Positions 14,034 through 28,637 of a DNA stretch of 64,000 bases are shown here, one piece after another. The notes beneath the pieces are model-generated. The model was not told the DNA's origin. It made no database searches and saw nothing but the letters and a program-made list of their open reading frames with translations. The translations under genes were made by a program, and so were the position numbers. This DNA is from the human T2T-CHM13v2.0 reference genome, Homo sapiens. Numbering within the stretch: position 1 is the stretch's first letter; each line of letters starts with the position of its first letter. The stretch lies in NCBI RefSeq assembly GCF_009914755.1, contig NC_060927.1. One strand, written 5' to 3'.

Positions 14034-14621
14034 TTCAGGCGCCAAGGACAAACTTTCACTTTGCACTCTGAAGGTTCACTGAAAATCAATTGACATGAGG
14101 CAGATTCATAGGAGAGAAGGTATGCAGATTTATTCACGTGCATTGTGCGGAGAACTACAGAGTGATTACCCCAACCCCCAAATGGTGTTCGGAAGCTTAT
14201 AAACCATCTTGAGGTTACAGAAAGAATGAGGGCTTGGAGCATGGCCAAAAATAGGCTATGGTGGTAAAGCAGGTTATGTGGCAGGACAGGTTATGGGAGG
14301 GAGACAAGAAAAGGCCTGGCTAGCAAAGGTCATCTTGTTACATAGACAAAATCTAATAGGTCGTCACCCGCAGAGAGAATAGATGGTAAATGTTTCTTTC
14401 AAATCTTTAAAGGTGTCAGACCCTCAGTTAAGCTTTCCCAAATTGGACAAGGGAGGGCCTCAGAGAAAGCCTGGCTGTATCAATGCAGATTCTCTACAGA
14501 TGCAAATCACCTCCACAAAAGACAGCTTTGCAAGGCTACTCTTGTTTGCAAGCACTCTGAACAGCCATCTCAAAATACATAAAGAAGTATATTTCAGGAT
14601 GAAATATCTTGGTTTCCTTCA
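14034..14621 (-). mobile_element. ERV1 solo LTR (MER34/LTR48/LTR29 group) nested antisense in the provirus
   Basis: Minus strand begins tgaaggaaaccaagatatttcatcctgaaatatacttcttt and ends in the ...tttcagtgaaccttcagag...ccttggc motif; 4-bp flanks atac/atgc. Confidence 0.75.
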
Positions 14622-15020
14622 ATGCTCTTATAAAAGAGGTAACTAAGACTGTACATAATCACCAAGAGCATGGCCATCCTAGCTTGAGAGCTTCAAGAAA
14701 CTCAGCGGGTGGTGCTGCAGAACTGAAAGATTTTCTACCATTGACTTCTTGAAATCCATTGGACAGGTTCCTCTCAGGGTTCAACTCCTGGCTCTTTATT
14801 TAAGAAAACCTTTTATATTAATATTTCTTCTTTCCATTTGAGGCATGTTTTAAAATACCTTGTGGCCAGGACCCTGAAACAACTGACCTTTGCGACTACC
14901 TCTCAACAGCTGTTTCAGCTGATTTGCAGGAACAACACCAATAATCAGAGACTATTTCTTAGACTTTACTTCAGCCAATCAGGTTTATGATTACTTCTGA
15001 GTTGTTCAGAAAGGTGGTAG

Positions 15021-15769
15021 TGACAATACTGAACTCTACTTCAGCCCTGTGCTCCCAGAAAACAACGATAGTTAAAAAATTCCTCACCCCTTGGTCATAC
15101 AAGAGAAAAAGGCTAACCCTAACCAGCTAACATTGAAAAGCTAGCAGGTGCTGGCATTTTTCAGGAGAAGGCCCACCTCCATCTTTCCCCAATGACTTAC
15201 ATAAGACCAGGCTCCAGCCTTCTTCATGACCACCATAAGACTCAGAGCTATGGTCTGAATATGTCCCCCAGTATTTATGTGTTGAAAACTTCATCTCTAA
15301 TGCAACAGTGTTGGGAGGTGGGGCTTCATGGGAAGTGTTTAGATAATGAGAGCTCTGTCCTCATGAATAGAATAATGCTGCTATACAAAGGGCATATGGG
15401 AGTGGGCTCTCTCTTGCTATCCTGCCATGTGAGGACACATCTTTTGTCCTCTCTTGCTCGTCTGCCTTCCACTATGTGAGGATGCAGTAAGAAGGCCACA
15501 CCAGTGCCAGTGCCTTGCTTTTGGACTTCCCAGTCTCCAGAACTATGAGAGAATAAATTTCTGTTCTTTTTAAATTACCATTCTCAGGTATTCTGTTACA
15601 GCAACACAAAATAAAGTCACTTGGCAATGACTCCTTTGTTTACTGCCTCTATAAATTCCCCAGTTCCCTTCCTTTTCCTTAAGATGTTCCTTATTAGTCA
15701 ACATTCTCTCTATTGCAATACCTCAATAAAATCTTCTTCTTCATTGTCTGGTGCATTTTGTCTTTGACA
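15021..15769 (+). mobile_element. 3' LTR of the ERV1 provirus (TG...CA), interrupted by an MST LTR
   Basis: Starts tgacaatactgaactc after the purine tract, ends tctttgaca; homologous to 8106-8459. Confidence 0.75.
15246..15620 (+). mobile_element. MaLR LTR (MSTC/MSTD-like) nested in the 3' LTR
   Basis: gctatggtctgaatatgtcccc...ggacttcccagtctccagaactatgagagaataaatttctgttc motifs. Confidence 0.85.
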
Positions 15770-16635
15770 CCCATCTGATTTTAAGTTTCCTCTTTGTTTC
15801 TGAATGCTGAAAAGTGAACTTTCTTTTCTTTCTTTTTTTTCTAATTTGGCTATATATTTTAAACATTTAAATTTATATAACATTTTTATATGCTTTTAGC
15901 AGGAGAGAGATCCTCAATAACCTAGTCCTCCTTATTATAGGAAACTGATGCCACCTCTATTCTTTTTCCCACCTTTCGTTGGTGGATATATTTTGTGCTT
16001 AGCTCCTTTAGGGCTTTGCCTTTTGATTTACTAAAACCTATCTTTCCCTTTAAAATAAAAAGCTTCAACCTTCAGCTTTTATACATTTTTGCCTCTGAAG
16101 TGGGCATCAAGAACCTTTCTTGGAACTCAAAATCTGAGCATCAACTCTCTTTGCGTTTATATTACAATTATACCATTCTTCCCCCCAGCAATGGATGCCT
16201 CTGGATGAATAAAGGGAAGGTTTTGGATGAGGAAATGCAAAAGAAAAAGCACTTTGATTTATTTCAAGATGTTTTCTCAATACAGTCTCAATCATTCCCA
16301 CCTATTATCCAGCAAAATATGCTCCTAGAAGCTGTTGTGCTTGCCTTCCATTTTGTGCATGGAGCCACAGAAAAGAGACTCCTTGTCACACACATTTCAT
16401 CCATAAGCCGTGACCTCCTTGATTTGACCCTTGCTGCAGGCTGTTTCTCCTAACAGTTGGCTGCCTTTGTTATTTCTATTAAGCTTTTACATTTTCTTAA
16501 GTTTGATTCACTCTCTTGCTGCCGTGTTATGATTTTGTCTTCTCCCTGTTATTCATCTTCAGACAATTCTAATAAGACCATTCTTTAACCTGCCCCTAGG
16601 ACAAAAATACCCAAATGCTCCTACCAAATTTGCCG

Positions 16636-17215
16636 TGTTAACCAAAAAGTGACTGAGGCAGATGTTTACATTCTTGTGAGGCCCTGATCAGCCTCTGAAA
16701 GTGTACATTTTATTTATAAAAAGGTAAAGGAAAAAGTCAAGTATGCATTGTCTCATGCTCAGTAAATCTACATTTTACATAAGGTAAAGAAAACGTGTGA
16801 AAAGAGGGAATAGAAGGAAAACTAAGTTTTATATCTGAAGGGTAGGTGAAGGGATGATTTCTGATCTTGTCTTTGTCCTTTGTGAAGATAAGCTGATAAT
16901 TGACATTGTCAGGGTGAAATTCAACAGAACTCAGATTTAGAGCTAGTTTATAAGGGGGATATGTATCCCGAAACATTTAGAGGCTCACAAGGAATTTCCT
17001 TGTGAGCAATTTGTGAAGCATATATCTGGGGTGATATATGGCCTTTGATCATCATGAGAACTTGGCTTATGGATGAGAATATGACACAGGGTTGGGAAAT
17101 TGCTAATACCTGTTTGAGAACAAAAGGAAACCAATATTGTGTGATTTAGTTCCCAAGCTTAACTTTCTCTTTAGGATGGTAAGTTTGGGGTCCCAAGATT
17201 CTATTTGCTTTCTCA
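16636..17215 (-). mobile_element. ERV1 LTR, MER49/MER4D-like
   Basis: Minus strand begins tgagaaagcaaatagaatcttgggaccccaaac; TG...CA ends. Confidence 0.7.
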
Positions 17216-17419
17216 GCTTAATAGGCTCTAGACACCTGGACTAAAAACAAGTTTAACAGATCCTTTTCAAGCAGCAGATTTTGATTGGCAGAAAGAAGTG
17301 AGACCTAGGGCAATGGAGTATCATCCTAGAGATGGTAATAGTGGACTACTGGCAGGTGGGAGAATGACCCTAGAAAACAAATCCAGGGGTATTAAAAAAA
17401 GAAGCTACAATTTTAGCAC

Positions 17420-17759
17420 TGTCACAGGTGTGACTGGCTGGGGCCAGCATTGCAGGTGATAAGGGAATCTACCAAGACAGTTGTAGTTAAAGAAAGGCAG
17501 ATTTATTAGAGAAAGCACAAAGTTATGTTGCAAGGGCGCAAGGGGAAGCACAGCAGAGAAGTGGCTGTCTGCAAAGAGGCAGGGCCTGGAGGGAACTTTT
17601 ACAAGGTCATGCTGGAGAGGCTATGTGTGGAAGGAGGTATTTTGGAACAGGATTTTGTGCAGCAGGTTGTTTGTGATTAGCTGTCTCTCCGAACAATTGT
17701 TCTCCCCTACTTGAGGCCCCTTCCTTATTGTTGCTTACTTATCTCATCATGACTCCACA
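17420..17759 (-). mobile_element. ERV1 solo LTR, MER93-like
   Basis: Minus strand gataagtaagcaacaataaggaaggggcc...gagaacaattgttc; TG...CA ends; flanks gcac/ggac. Confidence 0.75.
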
Positions 17760-17897
17760 GGACCTTTTAAACAAATTTTACTACCCAAGTATTATATGAT
17801 CACTGGAGAAAAAAATAGAAAAACAAAAAATTATTCTATATAGAAAACCAAAGTTAAGATGAAGATTTTATTTTCATGTACATTATCTTAAATTTTA

Positions 17898-18217
<320 letters not shown>

Positions 18218-18284
18218 TTACGCTTCCAAGTATATGTGTGCGTACATAATTTATTGAGAGAAACTCATATTGGGCATTTGAGTT

Positions 18285-18866
18285 TGTTGAGATTCAGAAA
18301 CCAATACCCCAAAATATGGCATTTTTGACACACTGAACTGAACAAGCCTCAAAGTCTCTCTGACCTCCTGTACCCCCACTGTCTCTCCCATAGGAGCTGA
18401 AGTTCCTTTATCTGCCTAAGATTCAGACCCATCAAGGAGAACAATTGTTTTTAGTTCTCCTCCCTCTTATCTAAAAGACCGAGATGTGACCACACCTGAG
18501 TAGCCCCTTTTACAAGTATAATGACTTGTCCCCAAGGATCATTTAAATTCCAAAGAGACCTATTTACAACCTAATCCCTGTTCACCATCTATTCATTCTT
18601 CCTAATAATTATTTATTGCCCCACAATAGAATTCTTCTCCACCCCCCTCCTATAACCTGTTTTGCCAGGATCCAAGCCCCCATTCTCTCTGTAACTCAGG
18701 ATGGCTTCTCAAACTCATTGGGAACTTGGATCTTTATTCTGAAGGTTTCCATGTATACATATGAAATAAATGTATATGCCTTTTGTCCTATTAATCTGCC
18801 TTTTGTGAGTTGACTTCTCAGTGAACCTTCAGAGGCCCAAGGTGAAAGCTCTCCCTTAGCCCCCAT
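18285..18866 (+). mobile_element. ERV1 solo LTR, MER39B-like
   Basis: tgttgagattcagaaaccaataccccaaaatatggc...tcagtgaaccttcagaggccc motifs. Confidence 0.75.
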
Positions 18867-19009
18867 GAGATCTTCCTAACTGTAGCTATTATAAAAAAAA
18901 CACAGCAATGGTTATCTGTGTTGTCAATTTTTGTCATGTATATTTTGATGCTTTAGTTACATGCTTCAATATTACCTTCCATAAATATAAAGTAATCATT
19001 AACTCATTA

Positions 19010-19710
19010 TGTTACAATAGGCAGCTAGTCAGAGCAGGGCAGGAGACCCCTGCTCCCAACAGCCCTTCCCACCCACTACCAGAAATGTCAGGCAACTATC
19101 AGGTGATGGTCAGGCAGTTTTACACTGTTTCTCTAAAATAATAATTAATTGGTTGCAGCCAGTGCCAGGGAAAGGCAGTCTCTCAATAGATAGAAATACC
19201 TGAAACTAGTGATCAACAGCTTCCAGATAAGATCTCAAGAGTTGGCTGGGTGGGCTCAAGCATGCACATTAAGAGGGAAAATGGCCAAAGACCTTCCTCT
19301 GGGAACACTGGACTGATAAGGGAAAAATGCCTCAAGTGAGCATGTGTACAATACCAGTAAACACACTGAGCATGGGGCACCTCCCAAGCACTAGCAGACT
19401 ACTGCACATGTGGATAGCCCGCCGCAAAGGAAGAATCAGAGGAGAAGAGATGCAAGACCCCGGAAGCATGCCAAGATATAAAACCTCAAGTTGGATCAAA
19501 CCCCACTAATCTCCCAAGTCACCCATTTGACCCTCTTCCAAGTGTACTTTACTTTCATTCCTGCTCTAAAGCTTTTTAATAAACTTTCACTCCTGCTCTA
19601 AAACTTGTCTTGGTCTCTCCTTGTGCCTTAGGCCCCTCAGTTGAATTCTTTCTTCTGCAGAAGCAAGAATTGAGGTTGCTGCAAATCCATGTGCATTTGC
19701 CACAGTAACA
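19010..19710 (+). mobile_element. ERV1 solo LTR, MER50
   Basis: tgttac...gagcagggcaggaga...gcaagaattgaggttgctgca...gtaaca; flanks atta/attg. Confidence 0.85.
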
Positions 19711-19744
19711 ATTGCTTGTTATTTTTTTTAAAACTACTAGTTTG

Positions 19745-19975
19745 GAAAACTTGCTATGGGCCAGGCAATGTTTTAAATGCTTTACATGAATTATTTCAGT
19801 TAATCTTTCACACTAATTTCATGAGAAGTACTAACATTATCTCTATTTTGCAGATGAGAAAACTGAAACTCTAAAATGTGAAGAAAGTTTTCCAAGGTCA
19901 TACAACTATAATATTATGTGACAGAACCAAATTGAAACTGTCTTCTAAGTCCAGAGGCTACATTCTTAATCAGTG
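19745..19975 (-). mobile_element. MIR
   Basis: MIR core attttgcagatgagaaaactgaaactc...ccaaggtcatacaact. Confidence 0.75.
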
Positions 19976-20334
19976 TATTTTAGCACATGCAAGCATACAA
20001 GGGTGCAAGCATGCACAGGGGTTTGCAATCTCACCAGTTCCAGGAATTTTATATATATGTATTAATATATAAAAATGACATTTATCTTTTCTCTTTTAAA
20101 AGCTAAATTTTAACTACTTTAACATTGTGACTAAAAGAACACTGATGAATCATTTAACATTTCTCATATATATGTATGTATATATGTCTTATAACAATCA
20201 CGTAAAGTAAGTAAAAGTCATAATCAGGGCCAGTTTAAGATGTTTAAAATTGCTAAGCTGTCAGAGATTAAGGTTTTCCTGCTTTTGTCCTATCCTTATG
20301 TGGCCTTCAGTATGAAAACATTTCTAGATAGTAT

Positions 20335-21295
<961 letters not shown>

Positions 21296-22243
21296 GTATG
21301 ATAGGTATAGAACAGGCTAATAAGTTCTGAAATTTCTCATAATTATTACATTAATGTTTCTCTGTAAAATAGAATATTTAAATTTGTATTTCTTTCTTTG
21401 GTGTTTTGGAGGATGGGAAGACATTCTTTCATTACTATTGTCTCAAGTACGTAGGGTACTTGAGTCTGCACATGGGGTAATCCTGCATCAAGAATAATTA
21501 CTGACAATCAGACACTGGGGTAGATGCAGCCCCTAACCAGGCTTGCTCACGTGGTAAGAGGTGGAGCTGGAATCAGATGGCGCTTCCTCCTTTCCTGCCG
21601 AGGGCTACTCAAAATGTGCTTCACCGACCAATGCCAGTCCACAAAGTATTTTTTACTGGTTGTCAATGTGTACAGAAGTACAGAGATCAAGAGTAAGCAT
21701 TTAGAAACTTTCATAGCAATTTGACATTGTCCTGCCTCTCAAGCATGTGACTAGCGGACTCATGTGGACTCATGTCAGTAAAGAAGATGTAGACCAGTTG
21801 TCTGACTCAGGTGTTGGAGAAGTAAGGACCCCTTACTTGCTGACAGGGAGAGGGTTCACAGGCAGATAAATGCCCATCAGCATCAGCTGGCAGGTACCTC
21901 CCTCTCACCTCCTCTCTAAATCTGCCTCCCAGAATAAAACCCGCCCAGTTTACAGAATGTGTCAGGTATATTAACGGTGTTGAAGAGGTACTGGACTGGG
22001 ACTAAGAGGACTGGATCCGAATCTTGGTTTTGCTGCTTGTTAGCCACATGATTTGGGAGCACTTCATAAAGCAAATGCCCACAGCTAATTACTTCTGTCT
22101 TCTACCGGAGGGGCAAAATTCATATCAAGAAGAATAAGTTCTATGGAGGTAAACACTCTGAAGATCTCACTAGGTCTTTCTGGTTATAAAAAGATGGAGT
22201 GGTCTGTGCCAGTTTAGATGAAGCAGGGTTGCCCCAGAGAGGC

Positions 22244-22606
22244 CGTCTTAGTCTGTTTGGGCTGCTATAACAAAATACCATAAAATGGGTCACTTATGAA
22301 CACCAGAAATTTATTTCTCACAGTTCTGGAGTCTGGGAAGTCCAAGATCTATGTGCCAGTAAATTCGGTGTCTGGTAGAGGCCTGTTTCGAGGTTCATAG
22401 ATGGTGCCTCCTGGCTGTGTCCTCACATGGTGGGAAAGTCTAACTAGCACTCTGGGGTCTCTTTGGTAAGGGCACTAATACTTTGTCCTTATGACATAAT
22501 CACCTCCCAAATGCCCCTACTTCCTAATAGTATCACCTTGGGTAAGGATTTCAACATATGAATTTTGGGGGCGAACATTCAGGGGACATAAACATTCGGC
22601 CTTAGC
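22244..22606 (-). mobile_element. MaLR LTR (MLT1A-like)
   Basis: gtcttagtctgtttgggctgctataacaaaatacc...gaaatttatttctcacagttctggag...aggatttcaacatatgaattttggggg. Confidence 0.85.
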
Positions 22607-24514
22607 AGAGGCAAATGCTCTGCAAGATATGAGACAGGAATGCTAGAATTATTTGTTGGTGCTTAGAGAAAGAAACTGGACCCTTGGAAAAAGGTAGAAG
22701 GAAATGGTGTACAGCGAAACTTACAAGCTAGGCAGGGCTCATGCTGTAACGCAGCTGGGAGCTGAGGAGGGCAGGCTTGATGATGCTTCAGAAGGCAAGG
22801 TCTGGCCAGGGTCAGTGCTGCTCTGCTCCAGCCAGTCATTGCCATGCAGAGGTGGAGATCCAGCCACTGTCAGATCTTCCAATCTTTCAAGAAAAGTCAA
22901 CATCTGAAAAAAATCTCATTTTAAAAAATGTTCGGAACTAATTAAAATTGTATTTAACTACTCTGCTGGCCAAATGATATATGTCTTTGGACTGTATTTA
23001 GTCCATGAACTACCATTTAAGAATATCTTGTCTAGAGAAAAAAAGTATCTGAGTGAAGGAGTCAAAAAATAATTTTAGTGCAGTCAAGCCTTTTCTGAGT
23101 TGACTTATTTTGTGTCTGCCATACATATCTTAGGTTACCTCAAATTTTCAGTAAAAATGTGATAGACATAACAGTTTGATTTGTGATAATGTAAGGGAAT
23201 AGAGGAAAAAGATTTTTGCCTAGATGGGGCAAAGTGGTACAAAAAGAAACAGTAATTGCAAGAGAGAGAGATAGGATTAAGAATGGAGAGTTCAGGAGAA
23301 GCAAAAAATCAGAAGAGGTGGAGAGAGACAAAGTCTTCCAGTATCACTAAGAGAAACATAAACCCCTTCCTGCAACAAGAATATGAGTGGGATGTCCTGG
23401 GCTTTCAGAATAAATGCAACTGGAGTCAAGCATTTCTAGTTTCATAAAAAAGAAGAGGGTGACACCAGAAAGCTGGAGAGCGTGGAGATATCCAGTGGCA
23501 GATACATAATTTATAACAGAAATGAAATGACATAAAATCCCTCAAAGAGATGATTCAAGATTACTCACGTCATACACAAGTAATATTTGCCATGGGAATG
23601 TTCTGAGGACATGGAAGACTAGAAACAAAATATACTTCTGGGAGGGCTGGGGCAGTTGGGAGACACTTTGGTGACCCTCATTCCTCCCAAGTCAGCTGCC
23701 TTAGTAGACAGAAAGGAGATAAGCAGAAGACCTGCCTTGCTGTAACAGGGAAGACCACTAAGCCACCCTGGGAATGCATGTCCACAAAATCTCAGAGACA
23801 TTAGGGAAAACCTCTAATGCTCAAGAGAGAGGCGTGAGGAACCCAAGAAGGAGAAATGGAAAGGAGATATGGAACCAGATGAAAACGCAAGATCTCCATG
23901 GTTTTGGGGCAAAACATTGTCTTTTTGGTTGACGTATGCATATGGAGTTAACATTTGTATTCATGACATTCTAGAGAAGTGAAGCATACAGTATATGAAT
24001 ATAATGAGAATTTCTTTCTTTGGGCACATTTCAGGTATTCTGCAACACTGGAGGCAGTTTATTCCTCATTTTTTCTCTCTTTCCTTTTGCGAAGCACATG
24101 GGGCATAACATCATTAACACTCCCAAAGCCAACAAAGATTTTTCTTTCTCATGCAGCATGCATTGGAGCATCATGCCAGAAAGTATTTTCGTGGCTGGCA
24201 ACTTCAGAGAAATCAGCATTTCTATTCGCCGTTGGAGGGTCAGGGTTCTAGAAGGATTATGGAAGTGCTATCTTGCTCAGCACCACAGTTATGCAGAGGG
24301 TGATAGAGATGATTTCGCTGCTTTTTTCATGACAGTGTCTCGCTGCCAGAGAGGAGACAATTGGCTGGTCATCATAATAATTAGCATGTGTTAAAAATCA
24401 GCAGTGTGCTCTGCACCACGTGAGGAAGCTGGAAGAGCGCCCTGCCTGTTCAGTGTCCATCTAACTGAGTGAGACACGGGGAGGAACGAGGGACTGGAAT
24501 CATAGGAAGCTAGT

Positions 24515-24735
24515 ACTTACTGCTAACATTTATGAGCGCTGCATGAACATACATGAGTTATCTTGTTTTTTTTTTTTCTCCCCAAAGTCTCAATGAAATG
24601 AATGATCATTACTATCCTTTTGCAGCTGAGGAAACCAGGCTTACAGAGATCAAGTAAAATGCCCAAGGCCACACAGAAAATTAGTGTCAGAGCTAGGACT
24701 TGAACGCAGGTTTGTCTGATTCTAAGTCCAGGTAT
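24515..24735 (-). mobile_element. MIR
   Basis: gctgaggaaaccaggcttacagagatcaagtaaaatgcccaaggccacacag MIR core. Confidence 0.8.
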
Positions 24736-25379
24736 GTGAGTCCCTGGCAGCACCATGGGGTGACCGCTGACCTGTGTATGGCTTACTAGATTATTGGGTT
24801 CAAGTCTCTGTGGTAGTACAGATGTCAAACACACAAAGGCACTCCCTTGAAAGCAAAGGCTTTTAAATGATCGATAAGCCATCAAAAGTGACCTCATAAT
24901 GCTGGAAGTGGGCCATCACCAAATCACTGTGGGACATTTTCTCATAATGCCTTCCAGAAACACGTAGAATGTTAGAGTTCATGGTCTACACTGCTTGGAC
25001 ACCTAGATTTGGATTTCAGTATGAGAACTGAGGTGATCAGGAGCAAGATACCTTACTCCAACCTTCGGTGCTTCCAGCCCAGCTTACATTGACCACCTAC
25101 ACCCTTGCATCTCTACAGCCCACATACTGAGCTGAACAGAGCACACTAAGGAAAGGAGAGAGGACCTAGAAACATGGGCATTTTTAAATTGGAGATAAAA
25201 AAGCAACCTTATTATCTGGTGCAGGTGACCATAGAATTTCCTTTTCAATAGCTCCATTACTAACTGGTCCATTATCTCTTCTGTTTTTTTTTAATTAACT
25301 ACAATTATTCAATTTTATTTTTACCTAAGTCACTCAAGCACCCAGTTAGAACAAAAACAATGTAATGCTGAGATGTGTT

Positions 25380-25830
25380 TTTTATAAAAAATAGTTAGCT
25401 CCCTACCCTACAGCTCCAACACTCCCAAAAGGAATTGCTTTTACCTTTTCCTTTTGACTTTCTCTTACTGCAAATGAGAGTTTAGTGTTCTTATAAACCC
25501 TCTACATCCTGGCACTTCCATCTTCCTAACATAGTTTTATTTTGGGTATGGTTAAAAAAATCATTATGACTATTTCCCATTTGACATTATTGTATTAATT
25601 TTTTTCAAGCACCTCACCAGATCTGACACTATACTGAGTGTACCCTCCCACAACACACTCACCTGCTTTTCCCTGGAGACTCCCCTTCCAGAGCTTCCCC
25701 CTTCTTGCCGCCGTATGGACTGTTTGCCCTCCAGCCTGCTACACGGCTGATGTCCTGGACATCCCCCTGTTCAGCTCCTGATTTTTAAGTTTGCTTTATC
25801 TTCTTTGTCAGCATTCTTCCCTTGTCTGGC
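25380..25830 (-). mobile_element. HAL1-like fragment
   Basis: tggactgtttgccctccagcctgctacacggctgatgtcctgg resembles the HAL1 3' region; boundaries approximate. Confidence 0.45.
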
Positions 25831-27067
25831 CAAAAAACATCCCACAGTCACTGAATGGTGTCCCAGAAAGGAGAGTTCATCGTCTGTCTTTCAGCTTTAA
25901 CCAAAACACCTCTAGTGACAAGGAACTGACTCACTCTCTGTTATAGTGACATTCTGGCTATTCCACCTAAATGCTAAAATGTTTTTCATTTATTCTTAAT
26001 ACCTAAACATTTTTAATGATCTGTTACCGAGATATTTGTCCCGATGTATCCTCAAATTTTCTAGTCTCTCTTGTCAATTTTCCACATGATTTTCAAATTA
26101 AAAGGCTTTAGCTCCTATCCAGCATGCTGTGGCAAGCTCAATATGTTTCTTGGCCAGTGGTGTCCTTGAAGTTCTACACTGTCAGTCTTTGGGATCAGAC
26201 TCACACCATCTCAGCACCTGATGATGAACTCCAGCCTCTCAGCTGGCTATTCTCTCCCCTCTACTGGGACTAACTAGAGGATAGCAATAACCTTTCTCGT
26301 ATGGTTTGGTGTATCAATAACCTTCCTATGAATTGGTGGAGTGGGAATTCATCATTCAACGGCATGCCAGTTCAGTAACATTGCAATGTAGAAACTCCCC
26401 ATCCCCTGAAATTCTTTTGTCCTCTTCTGTTCTAATCTCCTGCGTACCTAAATTTTCCCTATTTTCTCTGAACATATGCCTAAATCATATGTCTACCCTA
26501 TACCTAAGGCCGTTGTCAAAGCTTCTTTTGTCACCTTGCTACTGAGCCCCAATTCCCATCATGACCCCTCTCATACTTGACAGAGTCCTTGAATGACTCT
26601 TTTGCCCTATACTCCTGTTGCATTCGCCTTGTATCCTTGTCCTCTTCCCATAAGCTAAACTCCCCCTAGTCCTTGCATCACACCTCAGAACCAAGGAGGA
26701 TTCATGGTCCACTTGTCTTTGGACATGATATCTGGCCCATTCTTTGAGATTTTTACTTCTGCTTCTATTTGTTTCAAGCGCCTACCAGTTCTTCTTAACT
26801 CTTGGCCTCAGCCAAGGGGTGGAATACTTTAAGCTTTCTCCCCAAACTATGAGCTTAATTCGCTTTTCAGAAACTCCTGAGAAAGAAATCAGAAAGTCCT
26901 TCATGTTGTCTTAAAGCATCTCAGGAAAACTTGTTTAGAATATGGGCGAAGTATGTAATAGTTCATATGGGTTGGTTTTTGAAGTACCAGGAAAAGGGCC
27001 CTTCCCAAAGAAATGTTATCCACTCAGTATTCACAGTGCCCCAAACTCTAAACAGCCTTTAACCAGA

Positions 27068-27517
<450 letters not shown>

Positions 27518-28295
27518 CTTTAGGATAAGAGTAAAGCTTACTATGTAAATCACTCTGTGGAAACACACTGCCAGTGATGCTGACATTCACATGATTAATG
27601 TGTCTTCTGACTGGGGGCAATCAGACAGGTTCAGGGAAACAGAACAGAGAGTATCACCAAGAATGGACTTTGCCAAAGATGAGTCTTAGTCTCTACCTAG
27701 AAAATGAACGTATTGTATTCATCACCCTACCTTATATGACCTTGGCCTACTAGCTTGTCATACCTCAGTAATAGGGGCTATGGGAGAAAAGAATGAGTTG
27801 GGACAGGGAGAGGGATAAATATAGCCTTAAGGCTGCTACTCCTTAGGGAAGAGGGGATCTGGCCTGGAATTTGAATATAACATCCAGTGTGGCAAACTTG
27901 TGTATAATTGGGACTTGTTTTGTTAACCAAAACATCTAACCTGCAGGTGATATGCTGTGCTCATAACGGGGGTTGGGGTGTTTATTTGGGATTCTAGGGA
28001 ATAGGACATGTTTGAAGCAGGATCCTAGCAGAGTACTTCCCTTGACCTGCCCTGGCCCCTGTGGATGGTGAGGGCTAAGTAGATTTTTAGGGCTTCAGTC
28101 AAGTGGGCTGTGGGTCAGGGCCAGTGCTATTCCCAGTGTGTAAGTGGAGTACAAATGGTATGGAACCTCCCCATTGTCATACGGTCTAGGTAAAGGAGGC
28201 AGAGGAGGGGAGAGCTATCACTCTGGATACAGGATGATCCGGGGGAAATGAGTGATAAAGCTTGTGATGGCAAGAAAAACCCAGGTAATATTCTT

Positions 28296-28637
28296 TTTTT
28301 TTTATCATGTGAGTGGGAAGATTCATGCTTCTTCCTTTATTTTTTTAAATTTTACTTTAAGTTCTGGGATACATGTGCAGAACGTGCAGGTTTGTTATAT
28401 AGGTATACACGTGCCATGGTGGTTTCCTGCACCTATCAACCCGTCATCTAGCTATTAAACCCTGCATGCTTTAGGTATTTGTTCTCTCCCTCCACTTGTT
28501 CCCCACCCCACTAGAGGCCCCGTTGTATGAAGTTCCCCTCCCTGTGTCCATGTGTTCTCATTGTTCAACTCCCACTTATGAGTGAGAACATGTGGTGTTT
28601 GGTTTTCTGTTGCTGTGTTCCTTTGCTGAGAATGATA
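28296..28637 (-). mobile_element. 5'-truncated L1PA 3' end with probable short 3' transduction
   Basis: ttttactttaagttctgggatacatgtgcagaacgtgcagg is the antisense L1PA 3'UTR. TSD cccaggtaatattctt / cccggataatattctt encloses an extra 32-nt tag and a second poly(T). Confidence 0.85.

Larger units (their letters stand above)
8460..15020 (+). mobile_element. Non-coding, AT-rich ERV1 (MER4-group-like) internal region with nested insertions
   Basis: Bounded by the PBS and a purine tract (agaaaggtggtag, ending 15020) before the second LTR. Env TM-like remnant at ~14661-14850. Confidence 0.65.

Noticed and set aside
15113-15130. Telomere-like ctaaccctaacc
   Set aside because: Only about two units, inside an LTR.
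15995-16453. 152-aa ORF
   Set aside because: Non-ATG start, no recognisable domain, no exon context; consistent with chance.
21442-21464. 9-bp perfect stem-loop ctcaagtac-gtagg-gtacttgag
   Set aside because: A stem this short is expected by chance in 64 kb, and no RNA family is recognisable.
21570-21590. cagatggcgc CTCF-like half motif
   Set aside because: The 5' CCAS part of the core is missing.
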